Shown piece after piece: positions 38,647-47,989 of a stretch of 64,000 nucleotides of DNA. Position numbers and translations under genes: made by a program. Under the pieces are notes generated by a model. The model was not told the origin of the DNA and searched no databases. It was given only the letters and a program-made list of their open reading frames with translations. Position 1 is the stretch's first letter. Each line of letters starts with the position of its first letter. Source of the stretch: a virus (Duplodnaviria; Heunggongvirae; Uroviricota; Caudoviricetes); IMG/VR virus record IMGVR_UViG_3300016484_000447, positions 23,773 through 87,772 of that record. The stretch is one strand, 5' to 3'.

Positions 38647-39068
38647 GGCGCAGACAGGTAGGCGATGTACTCCGCGTACTTCCTGACACGGCGCATGTCG
38701 TTTCGCTTCATGCTGTTGTGCAGGTTGCTCAAGGAGTCGCACAGCTTGACCTTCAAGGCCAGCGGGTTCGACTTGACTCGGAACAGGTAGTCCGAGCGGC
38801 TCTCGCCTTCTCGCTTGGTCAGAGCCACCACGGCATCCACGATGTCATCATCGAAAAGAGCCCGCAGAACAGGCTCAGTCATCGTCGTGTCTTCGAGGAT
38901 GTCGTGAAGGTTGGCGATGATCTTCAGTCGCTCATCACCCGGGAAGTGGTTTCCGACGCTACCTCGCACATGGGCGATGTGCGTCGTGTAGGGCCACTCC
39001 CCGTACATCTGACCGGCGTGAAACTTCGTTGCGAGATGCTCTGAAAGTTCGAGGTCGGTCATCTGCAT
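38643..39068 (-). CDS. HD-domain phosphohydrolase
   Basis: H..H...HD pattern (TTHIAHV ... NLHDILEDT ... D), 141 aa. Confidence 0.55.
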   Translation of the reverse strand: MQMTDLELSEHLATKFHAGQMYGEWPYTTHIAHVRGSVGNHFPGDERLKIIANLHDILEDTTMTEPVLRALFDDDIVDAVVALTKREGESRSDYLFRVKSNPLALKVKLCDSLSNLHNSMKRNDMRRVRKYAEYIAYLSAP

Positions 39069-39071
39069 CCC

Positions 39072-39401
39072 TTACATGGGCATTTCGGCCAGATCGTCGC
39101 CGGCCATCGTGACCATGAACAGCAGGTCCGCCATGTCGCCGGTCGGACCCCACTGGATGCCACGGGCGGCGGCGTCGTTGGCCTTGGCAGCGCCCGCCAT
39201 GACAGCCAGACGGATCGCGGTCTTGGCCCACTCGGGCGCGGTGACGATCATGTTGTCCACGGCTTGCTCGATGGATTGGCCCGGGGCGGGCTCGATCTTG
39301 CTGCTGGCGGCCAGACCGGCGCTGACCGCGCCGAGAATGGAGAAGACGACGGCTTCGTTCGGGGTGCGGACGGTTGCGGCGTGTTGTTGCAGTGCGTTCA
39401 T
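39072..39401 (-). CDS. hypothetical protein
   Basis: 109 aa Ala-rich. Confidence 0.4.
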   Translation of the reverse strand: MNALQQHAATVRTPNEAVVFSILGAVSAGLAASSKIEPAPGQSIEQAVDNMIVTAPEWAKTAIRLAVMAGAAKANDAAARGIQWGPTGDMADLLFMVTMAGDDLAEMPM

Positions 39402-39457
39402 GTTGCTTTCTCCTTGTCAGTGTTGATGCTTGAATTCTACCTTGAATCGGCTACGTG

Positions 39458-40036
39458 TCAAGCGAAGTTCACGTAATTTTTTAGGCAGCGGTCGAGAGGT
39501 ACATGAACTTTTCGACCTGTGATCTTGTCCCAGGTGTCCTTCGTGCCGCCGTCTGCTGGCTCTTTTCCTTGGCCCCAAGTGTACGCCAGACAGGCGTCAC
39601 TTGCAAGGGCTACTTTCGAGTTTCTTGCGAACATCCCTCCGTACCCTTCGGCAGAGGGCTCCATCTCGACCGTGCATCCCGGCATGGTCATGGCAGTGGC
39701 AATCTCTCTCCGACCGTCGATGCCCGTCTGCTGGGTGAAGCGTTCGTGGTAGTAGTTCGCAGCAGCAGCAGAGCTTGAAGCCGGGCCGACGAACCTGTAG
39801 GTGTGTTGCGCAAACACGGACGGCAGGTATAGGCGAAGCTTGAACTGCTCTGGGTCTGCGAGGAACAGCGAGACGGCGATATGGTCTGCCCACGCCGCTC
39901 CACCGCTTACCAGTTCGACGTTAGAGACGAACCGGCGCCTCGCGTCCTCCCACATAGCACACCAAAGTTCAAGATCGTAGGTCTTGTCTTTGTCTCTTCC
40001 AGCAGTGCCGATGACAGCGACAGATTTTATTGCCAT
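39458..40036 (-). CDS. DprA/Smf-like Rossmann-fold (SLOG) protein
   Basis: VIGTAGRD...; SGGAAWADHIA (matches the DprA GxAxGxDxxAH pattern); FARNSKVALASDACLAYTWG (matches DprA F..RNRiia..sda..vvea). Confidence 0.45.
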   Translation of the reverse strand: MAIKSVAVIGTAGRDKDKTYDLELWCAMWEDARRRFVSNVELVSGGAAWADHIAVSLFLADPEQFKLRLYLPSVFAQHTYRFVGPASSSAAAANYYHERFTQQTGIDGRREIATAMTMPGCTVEMEPSAEGYGGMFARNSKVALASDACLAYTWGQGKEPADGGTKDTWDKITGRKVHVPLDRCLKNYVNFA

Positions 40037-41655
40037 GGGGGCGTGTCCATTTCAAGAGCTTCCATTTCCTGTTGCAAACTGAACAGCGACATATCACCGC
40101 GCAGGGCGAGGCTGTAGTCGAAACAGGCGTCAGGCCGCGCCTTCAACACCTTGACTGTGTTGGTCGGGCGCTCCAAAGCCTTCTCAGCATTGAGGTATTC
40201 TGACACAGTGTTGTTGTACTGCAACTTCTTGATGGCCCGGGTGGCAGCGACGTACAACAGATTCTGCTCTTCGGTGGACAGGCCGACCCACTCACCGTCG
40301 TCATTGTAGCACGACTTGAAATCGTCTTCGATGATGACTTGCTCCCACTCCCGGCCCTTCGACTTGTGCGCGGTGGTGAACGTCACTTGCGGGTTGTCCG
40401 CGTTGACGTGCGTCTCCAGAATCTTGATCCAGCGGTCTGCAAGACCCTCGTTGATGACCTTGCAAATGCGCCCCAGTTCAGCATCGCTCTTGCTCTCGCC
40501 GACCATCTCGTCCCAGTTCTGGTAGGGCAGCAGCTTGTCGTGCTTGACATCCTTCATGGCACCCTCGCGCAGCGCCTTGGCGCTTTGCAGGAGCTTCACG
40601 AAGTCCTTCACGTCGATTTCCAGGCTCACAGCCTTGCCAGCCACGATGTCCTCGACGGCGGCGTACAGCAGGGCGCTGTTGGTACGGAACAGGCGGGTGT
40701 AGGGCAGGGTGGTGTCCACGACATCGCGGGGACGCGCAACGCTCTCGATGGCCTCGTTGCCGGTGATCTGCATGTCGCGTTCGAGAACCGTGGTGGCGAT
40801 GTCAGCGACGGCCTGACCGTAGCGGAAGCTCTTGGTCAGGTGGCGGACATCCGACTGCACCATCTGCATCGCGTTGACAGCGCCGCGCCAGCCGTAGATC
40901 GCTTGACGGGCATCGCCCACCATGACAATCTGCATCCGGCCCTTCTGGTTCATGATGATGTCGAAGACACACGGGGTAGTGTCTTGGAACTCGTCCACGT
41001 ACAGCACCTCGATGCCGCCGAAGACGGGCTTGCTCAGTTGGAAGAGCTTCAGGTAGGTGTCGTGGGTGGCGAGGACGACGCTCGACTCGTTCGTGCGCTC
41101 GTCCCACAGACGACGCGCCAGCTTCGTCACAGCGTCCACGATGAACGCGACGTTCTGGGTGTTGTCGTGAAGCTTCTGCTTCAGTTCCATCGTGGGGACG
41201 TGCTTCGACTCGATGCGCTCGTCAGCCGACTGCTCGAAGCGGGCCACGGTGTCACGCACCAGCAGGCCGATGTACGGTGCAGTGATGACCACGCCATCGC
41301 GGTTCTCGAAGGACTCGATGTTGTAGTAGCGGGCGATTTCGGCGCCAGTGCCAGCGACGTTGACGTAGCGGCCACGGGGGCGGACCAGTTTGTGTTGCAG
41401 ACGCTTGCCGAAAGTGGCGTAGGCGCGGCTGTGGGTGGTCTGGCACTTGACGTAGGGAGGGAACTTCTCAGCAGCCTCGTTGGCAGTGACCTTGTTGAAC
41501 GCGAGGTATAGCGACGGGGCTTCCTTCGCGCCTGCCATCATGGTCAGCGTCGAGGTCTTGCCAGAGCCAGCGCAGGCTTCGACCTTCAGCATCATCACGC
41601 CGCTGACAAGGGCGTCGATGCAGGATTGTTGTTGTTGGGTGGGCTTGCGGCTCAT
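40027..41655 (-). CDS. UvrD/PcrA-like SF1 DNA helicase
   Basis: Walker A ACAGSGKTST, DEFQD (motif II), YGWRGA (motif III-like), C-terminal helicase motifs. Confidence 0.8.
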   Translation of the reverse strand: MSRKPTQQQQSCIDALVSGVMMLKVEACAGSGKTSTLTMMAGAKEAPSLYLAFNKVTANEAAEKFPPYVKCQTTHSRAYATFGKRLQHKLVRPRGRYVNVAGTGAEIARYYNIESFENRDGVVITAPYIGLLVRDTVARFEQSADERIESKHVPTMELKQKLHDNTQNVAFIVDAVTKLARRLWDERTNESSVVLATHDTYLKLFQLSKPVFGGIEVLYVDEFQDTTPCVFDIIMNQKGRMQIVMVGDARQAIYGWRGAVNAMQMVQSDVRHLTKSFRYGQAVADIATTVLERDMQITGNEAIESVARPRDVVDTTLPYTRLFRTNSALLYAAVEDIVAGKAVSLEIDVKDFVKLLQSAKALREGAMKDVKHDKLLPYQNWDEMVGESKSDAELGRICKVINEGLADRWIKILETHVNADNPQVTFTTAHKSKGREWEQVIIEDDFKSCYNDDGEWVGLSTEEQNLLYVAATRAIKKLQYNNTVSEYLNAEKALERPTNTVKVLKARPDACFDYSLALRGDMSLFSLQQEMEALEMDTPPWQ

Positions 41656-41737
41656 GTGTTCTCCGAGGTGTCTGCGTTGCGATGAAATGAATTATGCCCC
41701 ACCCGGCAAAGGATGGGGCACATACCCGACAAAACTG

Positions 41738-42208
41738 TCAGGTTTTCTGAAGCATCCGAATCTCCGAGACGAGATCGGAGAGTTCACGCTCCCACTCGAA
41801 CGGCACGTTCTCATTGTTGAGAGCCGCAGTCGAGATGGCATCAGCGACAGCCGACAGACGCCCTTGCAGCCACGCACGACGGGCCGGAAGGCTCTTGATG
41901 CCGGGAGCCATCGACGGCACTTGAACCTCTGGAAGCGGTTGGATCGAGCCGTCAGACCACAGGAACACCTCCCTCGCTGCTTCCTTCGAGAAAAACTCCG
42001 CGTTCCCACTTGTCGAGTAGGAGAGCGATGCCCCGTATGACCCGTCTCCGTACAGAGCCTCAAAGCCCCTGGAGTCATACACCGTCTGCTCAGGCCCGCT
42101 GAACCTGAACCCGGCACTATTGGCAGCAGCGCGAGCCTTTGCGAAATCGTCGCCAGGGCACCACAGCTTCCACGGGCCAAAGGTCATCAAGTTGAACGTG
42201 TTGCTCAT
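41738..42208 (-). CDS. hypothetical protein
   Basis: 156 aa. Stop-start coupling with the next gene (ATGA). Confidence 0.45.
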   Translation of the reverse strand: MSNTFNLMTFGPWKLWCPGDDFAKARAAANSAGFRFSGPEQTVYDSRGFEALYGDGSYGASLSYSTSGNAEFFSKEAAREVFLWSDGSIQPLPEVQVPSMAPGIKSLPARRAWLQGRLSAVADAISTAALNNENVPFEWERELSDLVSEIRMLQKT

Positions 42209-42720
42209 CAGCGACGACGCCCCACGGAGATGCTCGTGCGACCAGAGGTGGAGCCGAACGTTGACGGGCGCGATGTCACGGTGGAAGTCACGCCACGGCT
42301 ATTCGACCACGACGACGTGGAAGGCGGGGTGTAGCGTTGAGCGGGCGGGGTCGGCGTGGCATAGCGTTGGGCAGGTGCCGTGGTGGTCACAGGGGCTGGC
42401 GCGGTGTGACGCTCCACGACGGTCGTGTGCGTGCTGCGGCCACCGCCGAAGCTGTTGCCGATCATCGAGCCCAGCATCGAGCCAGCGAAGGCGCTTCCGA
42501 AGCCGCTGTCGTGATGCACCACAGCCGGGGCAGGAGCGACGACAACAGGCGCAGCACCGACCACAGCCGGGGCAGTCATCACGGGGGCTTGCTGGACCGG
42601 GGCGTAGCCGACAGCCACTGGGCGTGCGGGGACGCAGGAAGCGATCATCAGCAGCAGGACGATGACGCCGACAATGCCAGCGATCCAGCGTCGGTGTGTG
42701 GGGCGAAAGAATTCAGTCAT
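42208..42720 (-). CDS. putative lipoprotein with long low-complexity (A/P/V/T/S) region
   Basis: N-terminal signal anchor plus an LLMIASC lipobox-like cysteine, followed by 130 aa of proline/alanine/threonine-rich sequence. Confidence 0.4.
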   Translation of the reverse strand: MTEFFRPTHRRWIAGIVGVIVLLLMIASCVPARPVAVGYAPVQQAPVMTAPAVVGAAPVVVAPAPAVVHHDSGFGSAFAGSMLGSMIGNSFGGGRSTHTTVVERHTAPAPVTTTAPAQRYATPTPPAQRYTPPSTSSWSNSRGVTSTVTSRPSTFGSTSGRTSISVGRRR

Positions 42721-42818
42721 TGGGTTTCTCCTTGGGTTGGTTGTGCTTCGTCCCGTAGAACCACGGGAACAAGACCATGAGTGGGACTTGCGCAGCCCAC
42801 ATTGCGTAGAACGGGTTC

Positions 42819-42995
42819 ACTTCACGCGGACGAGGACGGGGTTCGCACCCTCCACGCCCTGCCTGACGAACTCACGCGCCTGACGGTACTCGACCGCAGG
42901 GACGTGGTAGTGTTGAATCTCGCCAGCCACCCGGCAACCGACAAGGAACGTCGGGATCGGGGTGAAGTCGAAGCTCAGTTGCGAATTCTCACTCA
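42819..42995 (-). CDS. small hypothetical protein
   Basis: 58-aa ORF (MSENSQLSFDF...) between the lipoprotein and primase-helicase. Not in the list because it is under 60 aa. Confidence 0.25.
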
Positions 42996-43009
42996 TGGGA
43001 AGCTCCTTG

Positions 43010-44806
43010 TCAATACTCGACAGGCGGTTGCTTTGCGAGCCAATCGTCCTTGTCGTACATGGTGTGGGTCACGTTGTCGTAGTAGTATTCACCAGCAACG
43101 CCTGTGTGGCCCGTCCAGCGGATTTTACTCGCCTTCATCCGCGTCGTGTTGCGCTCAATCGGGTCTTCTGCTTCCTTGTTGCGTGTGAACAACAGGTTGC
43201 AGGCGCCAGACTTGAAGATCGAGCTAGAACCTTGCATGTCCTCTTCAAACAGGTCTGCACCCGTCGAGTTGGCCTGCTTGCCACCTTGGCTCTTGCGGAC
43301 GTGGTTGACGTTGATGAAGATGACATCGTGGCTCTTCACCATGCCCTTCATCCACTTCAGGAACGTCGCCTGCTCTTCGATAGGGAGCCCGTCGAGGATG
43401 TCTTGCAGAGGGTCGAGGATGATGAGTTGGCAACCGCAAGCGATCACCAGTTCTTCGATCTTCGCCTTCATCGACTCCAGGCCACCGTCCCGGTCTTCGA
43501 TCAGGTAGAAGCGTTGCTCCCCGTTCTCCTTGAAGTACAGGTTGCGCTCGGCTTCCATGATGTCAGGCCGCGCCAGGAACTCCAGCTTCTCTTCGACGGA
43601 CTCGATCAGGTCGATCTTCCTGCCGACGTGACGCGACAGTAGCTTCGTGCCGTACTGCCCGACATCCGACTCCAACGTGACGATGCCGGGCTTGTACGGA
43701 CTGTTGAAAATCCAGTAGTACGTGCATTCGTCAACGATGGTGGACTTGCCAGTGCCAGACGCAGACCCCAGGTTGATGATGGTCTTGAGCGGAATGCCGC
43801 CAGCCATCAGCCGCTGAAGTTTGTGCATGAAACGGGGCAGGGGCACCTTCGGAGCCGCCGCAGCTTCACGGATGCGGTTTGCCACTGCGCCAGAGCCGAC
43901 AATTCCGTCAGGCGTCCAGGGTTTCGCGGCCCAGTAATCGCTCAGGAACTCCCGCTCTTTCCCGATGGCGTTGCCAGCCTTGTCCACCACGTAGTCGTCG
44001 GCATCCTTGTAGCGCATCGTCATGATGTACGCCTTCCCCTTGGGAAGCACCTTGGCGATCTTCTCCGCTGCCTCTCGACCGGGGTCGTCACTGTCCATGC
44101 AGACGATGATCTTCTCGAAACGCTCGAAGAATGCGTACTGGGCTTGAACCTGCTTCCACGCACCCCCTTCGCCGAGGGTAGAACACACGACAGCGGGGAC
44201 ATCGTAGTCCTTGCCTCGCCGGGTGATGTCATCCTTCAGCATTTGGTACGTGTTCAGAAGCTTCGTCTCCCCGCCGACGATCAGGCAGACCTTGGCCTGC
44301 GAGGTGAAGCGGAACTGCCCCACCATGTCGCATTCCTTGCCCACCTTGCCGGGGGATTGCGAGAAGTCCTTCGGGAAACGCCGAACTCGGTAGCCCACCA
44401 GTTGCCCGTCGATTGTCGTCGGGAAATACTGGGCGCAGGGCTCGCCAGTCTCGGCATCGTACTCGTACCGGACTCCGAACCAGCGGCTAGTTTCGTCACG
44501 GATTCCACGGTAGCCGTGCCCAGCGAGGCCCGTCATCTCCTTGATTTCTTGCTGCTCTTCAGGCGTTAGTGCCTCTCGTGTCATCAGAACCTCTTCATCT
44601 TGTTGTTCTTGATCGTCCCACCCCATCTCAGCCCTGTGGGCGTCTGAGGGGATGGTGAAGCCGCACGCCCAGCAGTGGGCGCCGTTACCCGGCCCGTACA
44701 CATGCAGGTTGTTCCCAGACGAATCCCCGCCAGCCCTGCGGCAACGCGGGCAGGCAGTCTTGTGTTCGTAGCTTGTGTCGATGCCGTACTTTTCGGCCAG
44801 TGACAT
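43010..44806 (-). CDS. bifunctional primase-helicase (T7 gp4-like)
   Basis: N-terminal Cys4 zinc-binding domain (CPRC...CWAC), TOPRIM region (CMDSDDPGREAA), DnaB-family Walker A GSASGTGKST and Walker B IILDPLQD. Confidence 0.85.
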   Translation of the reverse strand: MSLAEKYGIDTSYEHKTACPRCRRAGGDSSGNNLHVYGPGNGAHCWACGFTIPSDAHRAEMGWDDQEQQDEEVLMTREALTPEEQQEIKEMTGLAGHGYRGIRDETSRWFGVRYEYDAETGEPCAQYFPTTIDGQLVGYRVRRFPKDFSQSPGKVGKECDMVGQFRFTSQAKVCLIVGGETKLLNTYQMLKDDITRRGKDYDVPAVVCSTLGEGGAWKQVQAQYAFFERFEKIIVCMDSDDPGREAAEKIAKVLPKGKAYIMTMRYKDADDYVVDKAGNAIGKEREFLSDYWAAKPWTPDGIVGSGAVANRIREAAAAPKVPLPRFMHKLQRLMAGGIPLKTIINLGSASGTGKSTIVDECTYYWIFNSPYKPGIVTLESDVGQYGTKLLSRHVGRKIDLIESVEEKLEFLARPDIMEAERNLYFKENGEQRFYLIEDRDGGLESMKAKIEELVIACGCQLIILDPLQDILDGLPIEEQATFLKWMKGMVKSHDVIFINVNHVRKSQGGKQANSTGADLFEEDMQGSSSIFKSGACNLLFTRNKEAEDPIERNTTRMKASKIRWTGHTGVAGEYYYDNVTHTMYDKDDWLAKQPPVEY

Positions 44807-45084
44807 CAGGGGAAGATGGTCAGGCCAGCCAGGGTGCAGTTGGTCAGGGCGCGGAACAGTGCGCGATCCAGTTGTTGATCGCGGGCGACACCCTTGATGA
44901 CCTTGCGGCCTTGGAAGATGACCTGACTGACACGCTTGGCGTCCTCCTTCTGGCCGAAGACCCGCAGCGCAGCGCGGACATCCTTCAGGTTGGAAACCTG
45001 GGCTTCGAGTTGGGCAATCGAGCGGCCACGCTTGGCGATGCGTGATTGCAGGGCTCGGGTGGCAGCGACTTGTTTCTCACTCAT
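44806..45084 (-). CDS. hypothetical protein
   Basis: 92 aa from MSEKQVAAT with AGGAGAA RBS. The upstream ATG of the listed ORF lies inside a terminator hairpin. Confidence 0.4.
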   Translation of the reverse strand: MSEKQVAATRALQSRIAKRGRSIAQLEAQVSNLKDVRAALRVFGQKEDAKRVSQVIFQGRKVIKGVARDQQLDRALFRALTNCTLAGLTIFP

Positions 45085-45096
45085 GAGATTCTCCTG

Positions 45097-45121
45097 TTGA
45101 AAAGGCCCCTGCAATGGGGCC
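45097..45121 (-). terminator. rho-independent terminator (leftward)
   Basis: On the minus strand GGCCCC-ATTGCA-GGGGCC is followed by TTTTCAAC. It lies between the SPFH gene stop and the next start. Confidence 0.55.
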
Positions 45122-45142
45122 TTGAGTTGATCTGTCCAGCGA

Positions 45143-45943
45143 TTACTTGCCGGTTCCGACGATGCCCTTGAAGTCGAAGGGCACCAGCACGCTCTGCACC
45201 TTGCCGTTCAGCATGGCCTGGGCCATCATCTGCCGGGTCTGGGCGTCCATGTAGTCAATGGCACCCCGGTTGGAGTTCAGGATGGCGATGCGCTCGGCTT
45301 CCTTGGCGGCAGTCTGGACTTCGACTTCCTTCTTGGCCTTGTCGTTCTTGGCCTTGACGAGTTCGTTGGCGCTCTGCACCACGCTGTCGGCGGGGGTGAT
45401 CGCACGCACCTTGACGTTGGAGACGGTCAGGATGCCTTCCATGCCTTCAGCCTTCAGGGCGGCTTCGATGTCGGCCTTCACGTTGCGCTCGATGGCTTCG
45501 CGGTTGTCGTTCATGACCAGGGCCTCGTACTTGCGGGCTTCCTTGTACACGGCGTTGCGAGCCGTGGTCAGAACCCAGTTGTACATCAGGTAGATGTCGC
45601 CGTCGTGGGCCGCGTGGAACGCCTTGCTCTTCGTGCTGTACAGTTCGGCCACCGCCTGCGGGTTGATCGAGTACAAGACGTTCATGTCGAAGTCCTTCAT
45701 CGTGCTGTTGTCCAGGGCGACAGGGGTCATGTCCAGCACTTCGGCGGTCACGTCCTTGACGGGGAAGGTCAGGATGTCACCGACGAGGGTCTGGTTGAAG
45801 CTGCCGGGCAGCAGTTCGCCCTGCTGGACTTGCTTGTCGAAACCGATGCGGATGCCGACCTCGCCGGTTTCGATCCGCTTCATGCAGCCGGTGGACATGA
45901 CAGCCATCAGCATGATGGCGAAGATGGTGAAGATGCGCTTCAT
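45143..45943 (-). CDS. SPFH/band-7 (prohibitin/stomatin-like) domain lipoprotein
   Basis: Signal peptide with lipobox (LMAVMSTGC). SPFH-like core with Ala/Glu/Lys-rich C-terminal helix. Confidence 0.65.
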   Translation of the reverse strand: MKRIFTIFAIMLMAVMSTGCMKRIETGEVGIRIGFDKQVQQGELLPGSFNQTLVGDILTFPVKDVTAEVLDMTPVALDNSTMKDFDMNVLYSINPQAVAELYSTKSKAFHAAHDGDIYLMYNWVLTTARNAVYKEARKYEALVMNDNREAIERNVKADIEAALKAEGMEGILTVSNVKVRAITPADSVVQSANELVKAKNDKAKKEVEVQTAAKEAERIAILNSNRGAIDYMDAQTRQMMAQAMLNGKVQSVLVPFDFKGIVGTGK

Positions 45944-46143
45944 TGGGTTTTCTCCTTGGGTTGTGCAGCAGATGCGGGCTTTCCTGCTCGCGGAAGCTGC
46001 GTTGGGGTGTGTTGTATCGGCTTGGACTGCTCCCTGGGCTGCTGCACCTTCGGACGGAACAGCAGCAGTTGGATCGCAGGCGGGATAGCGACCGTCGCAA
46101 ACGGCGCCATCGCCAGCGCCAACATGACCAGGGCGCGTTTCAT
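45940..46143 (-). CDS. small secreted/membrane protein
   Basis: 67 aa with N-terminal signal/TM segment, Pro/Gln-rich tail. Confidence 0.35.
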   Translation of the reverse strand: MKRALVMLALAMAPFATVAIPPAIQLLLFRPKVQQPREQSKPIQHTPTQLPRAGKPASAAQPKEKTQ

Positions 46144-46331
46144 CGGCTGCGGCTCTGCATGTAGCTCAGGTTGCGGGCACGCTCGGCCTCGAACTGGACG
46201 CGGGCGTTGGCTTCCTTGCCGATGTTGACTTCCTTCTCGTGTTGGCGAGCGGCCAGCATCTTCGGGTCTTGTTCGACGCTGGCGCAGGCAGTCATGGCGA
46301 GGGCAGCGGCGATCAGGAACAGCTTCTTCAT
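46140..46331 (-). CDS. small lipoprotein
   Basis: 63 aa. Signal peptide with LAMTAC lipobox. Confidence 0.5.
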   Translation of the reverse strand: MKKLFLIAAALAMTACASVEQDPKMLAARQHEKEVNIGKEANARVQFEAERARNLSYMQSRSR

Positions 46332-46367
46332 GGTGGACTCCTTCTCAGGTTGTGCCCTCGCGGGCGG

Positions 46368-46541
46368 TTAGAACATCAGGACAACGAAGGCAAGTGTAGC
46401 CATTGCCACGAACGCTGTCAAGCCAGAAATGAAAAGACCCTTCAGCAGAGTACGCTTTTCAGCCCAGGTCGAGTGCTTCAGGAACAGGTAGCCGACGTAG
46501 ACCAGTGCCCAGGTCAGCAGAAACGAGACGATGATCTTGCC
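46368..46541 (-). CDS. small membrane protein (2 TM)
   Basis: 57 aa from MGKIIVSFLL. The rest of the listed 199-aa ORF is Arg/Pro-rich antisense-type junk. Confidence 0.35.
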   Translation of the reverse strand, partial: GKIIVSFLLTWALVYVGYLFLKHSTWAEKRTLLKGLFISGLTAFVAMATLAFVVLMF

Positions 46542-46546
46542 CATGT

Positions 46547-47539
46547 TCAACCCCCCATGTTCTCGCCGGGGATGGTCTTGCGATTCTGCACCCAGCCGCG
46601 CAGGTTGCCACTCCACAGCTTCATCTTCCTGTCCATGTGCGAGACACCATCTTGCCAAGTGGTCGGCATCTGCGGGACGTTGTAGCCCATGTACCCGGCG
46701 TCGAACATCGGCGTGGCTTGGTGTTCGAGGGCGGAAGCGTGCTTCCGTGCGTCTCCCACCAGCCGCTCGTAGACCGACAGGCTCTTCATGAGGTTGTAGT
46801 CCACGTTGCGGAACGACACAGCCGCAGAGCGGGCGCAGGACACGATGATTGCTTCCTCTTTGGACAGGTACTGCCAACGCTCGACACCGCCTCCGCACTC
46901 GATGACGATGCTGTACGAGACAGTGCCGTCGTCCTCGTACTCCGTGGAGATGTACGGGAGGTGCCACTGGCCCGGCTCCAGGCGCATCGGCACGCTGGCG
47001 TCCTTGGCCTCACGCATGACGCGGGCCAGTTCGCGGATCGTCGGGTCTGCCGCGTCGTCGTCACGGAGCCAGAAGAAGTTGTTCCACTCCGTCCCCGACA
47101 TCACGGTCTTCATCATCTGGAACGGCTCCAGCAGACGGTTGTAGACCTGCTTGTGGTAGCCCGCGTTGTAGAACTGTTCCGCCCACGCAACGGACATATT
47201 CTTTGCCTCGTCCCACGCTTCTTCCGGGGTGAGGTCCGAGCCGTCGAAAGCGTCGATGACCGTGGCGTCGTAGTCCACACCCTTGTCCTGCATCCCCGGA
47301 TTGGCCTGACCGAAGCGGACGGGGCGTGCGGTCAGTTGTTCCAGCATCTTATGGAACGGGATGGCCCGGCTGCTGGCGCTGTTGCGGCTCTTGTCGCGGT
47401 GGGTGTTGAGTTCGGCCAGGATCAGGCGCGGGTACTCCAGTTCGTAGGTCAGCATCTCGATGTCTGCGGGTGAGATGCTGTGCGCCAGGATGGTCGCCTT
47501 GATGCCGAACTTGCCTTCGACTGTGATGAGTTTCTTCAT
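46547..47539 (-). CDS. ThyX-like flavin-dependent thymidylate synthase family protein
   Basis: HRDKSRNSASSR matches the ThyX signature (R)HRxxSxNExSxR. 330 aa, larger than canonical ThyX. Confidence 0.5.
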   Translation of the reverse strand: MKKLITVEGKFGIKATILAHSISPADIEMLTYELEYPRLILAELNTHRDKSRNSASSRAIPFHKMLEQLTARPVRFGQANPGMQDKGVDYDATVIDAFDGSDLTPEEAWDEAKNMSVAWAEQFYNAGYHKQVYNRLLEPFQMMKTVMSGTEWNNFFWLRDDDAADPTIRELARVMREAKDASVPMRLEPGQWHLPYISTEYEDDGTVSYSIVIECGGGVERWQYLSKEEAIIVSCARSAAVSFRNVDYNLMKSLSVYERLVGDARKHASALEHQATPMFDAGYMGYNVPQMPTTWQDGVSHMDRKMKLWSGNLRGWVQNRKTIPGENMGG

Positions 47540-47802
47540 TCGTCCTCCATGAGAATCAGCGGGGCGTACATGAACATGCGCGCCATCATTGTGTTGTACA
47601 GCTTCCAGACCTTCTTGTCAAGGCCGATGCCGGTGAATGCGATCATGCCGTCGAAGGCCGTCTGGCCGATCAGCGAAAGCTCTTCACTCCCCTTGATCCT
47701 GTCGAACCATCGCAGGATTTTGTTGGAGTCCTCTTCGCTGTACAGCTTCAGCAGCGCTTCAAGCGCATCTGTTCGCCATTGGGCGTATTCCCGTTCGTTC
47801 AC
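47536..47802 (-). CDS. hypothetical protein
   Basis: 88 aa. Coupled to ThyX-like gene. Confidence 0.4.
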   Translation of the reverse strand: MNEREYAQWRTDALEALLKLYSEEDSNKILRWFDRIKGSEELSLIGQTAFDGMIAFTGIGLDKKVWKLYNTMMARMFMYAPLILMEDE

Positions 47803-47975
47803 AGCTTTCCGTACTTGGCTACGAAGTCCGCGACAGTTTTCTCGTCACGGTCCTTGAAGCCAGATTCCGAGTATACGCGAGACGCTGTGAAATGCTCAAG
47901 CCTGCTCTTTGCACGGGCTGCGGCTTCCACTTCGTACTTGTACTTGAGGAATTTGTAGTGCTTCGCTTCGTCCAT
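47799..47975 (-). CDS. small hypothetical protein
   Basis: 58-aa ORF MDEAKHYKFLKYKYEV... Weak RBS. Confidence 0.2.
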   Translation of the reverse strand: MDEAKHYKFLKYKYEVEAAARAKSRLEHFTASRVYSESGFKDRDEKTVADFVAKYGKL

Positions 47976-47989
47976 ATAAGTGAGAACCT

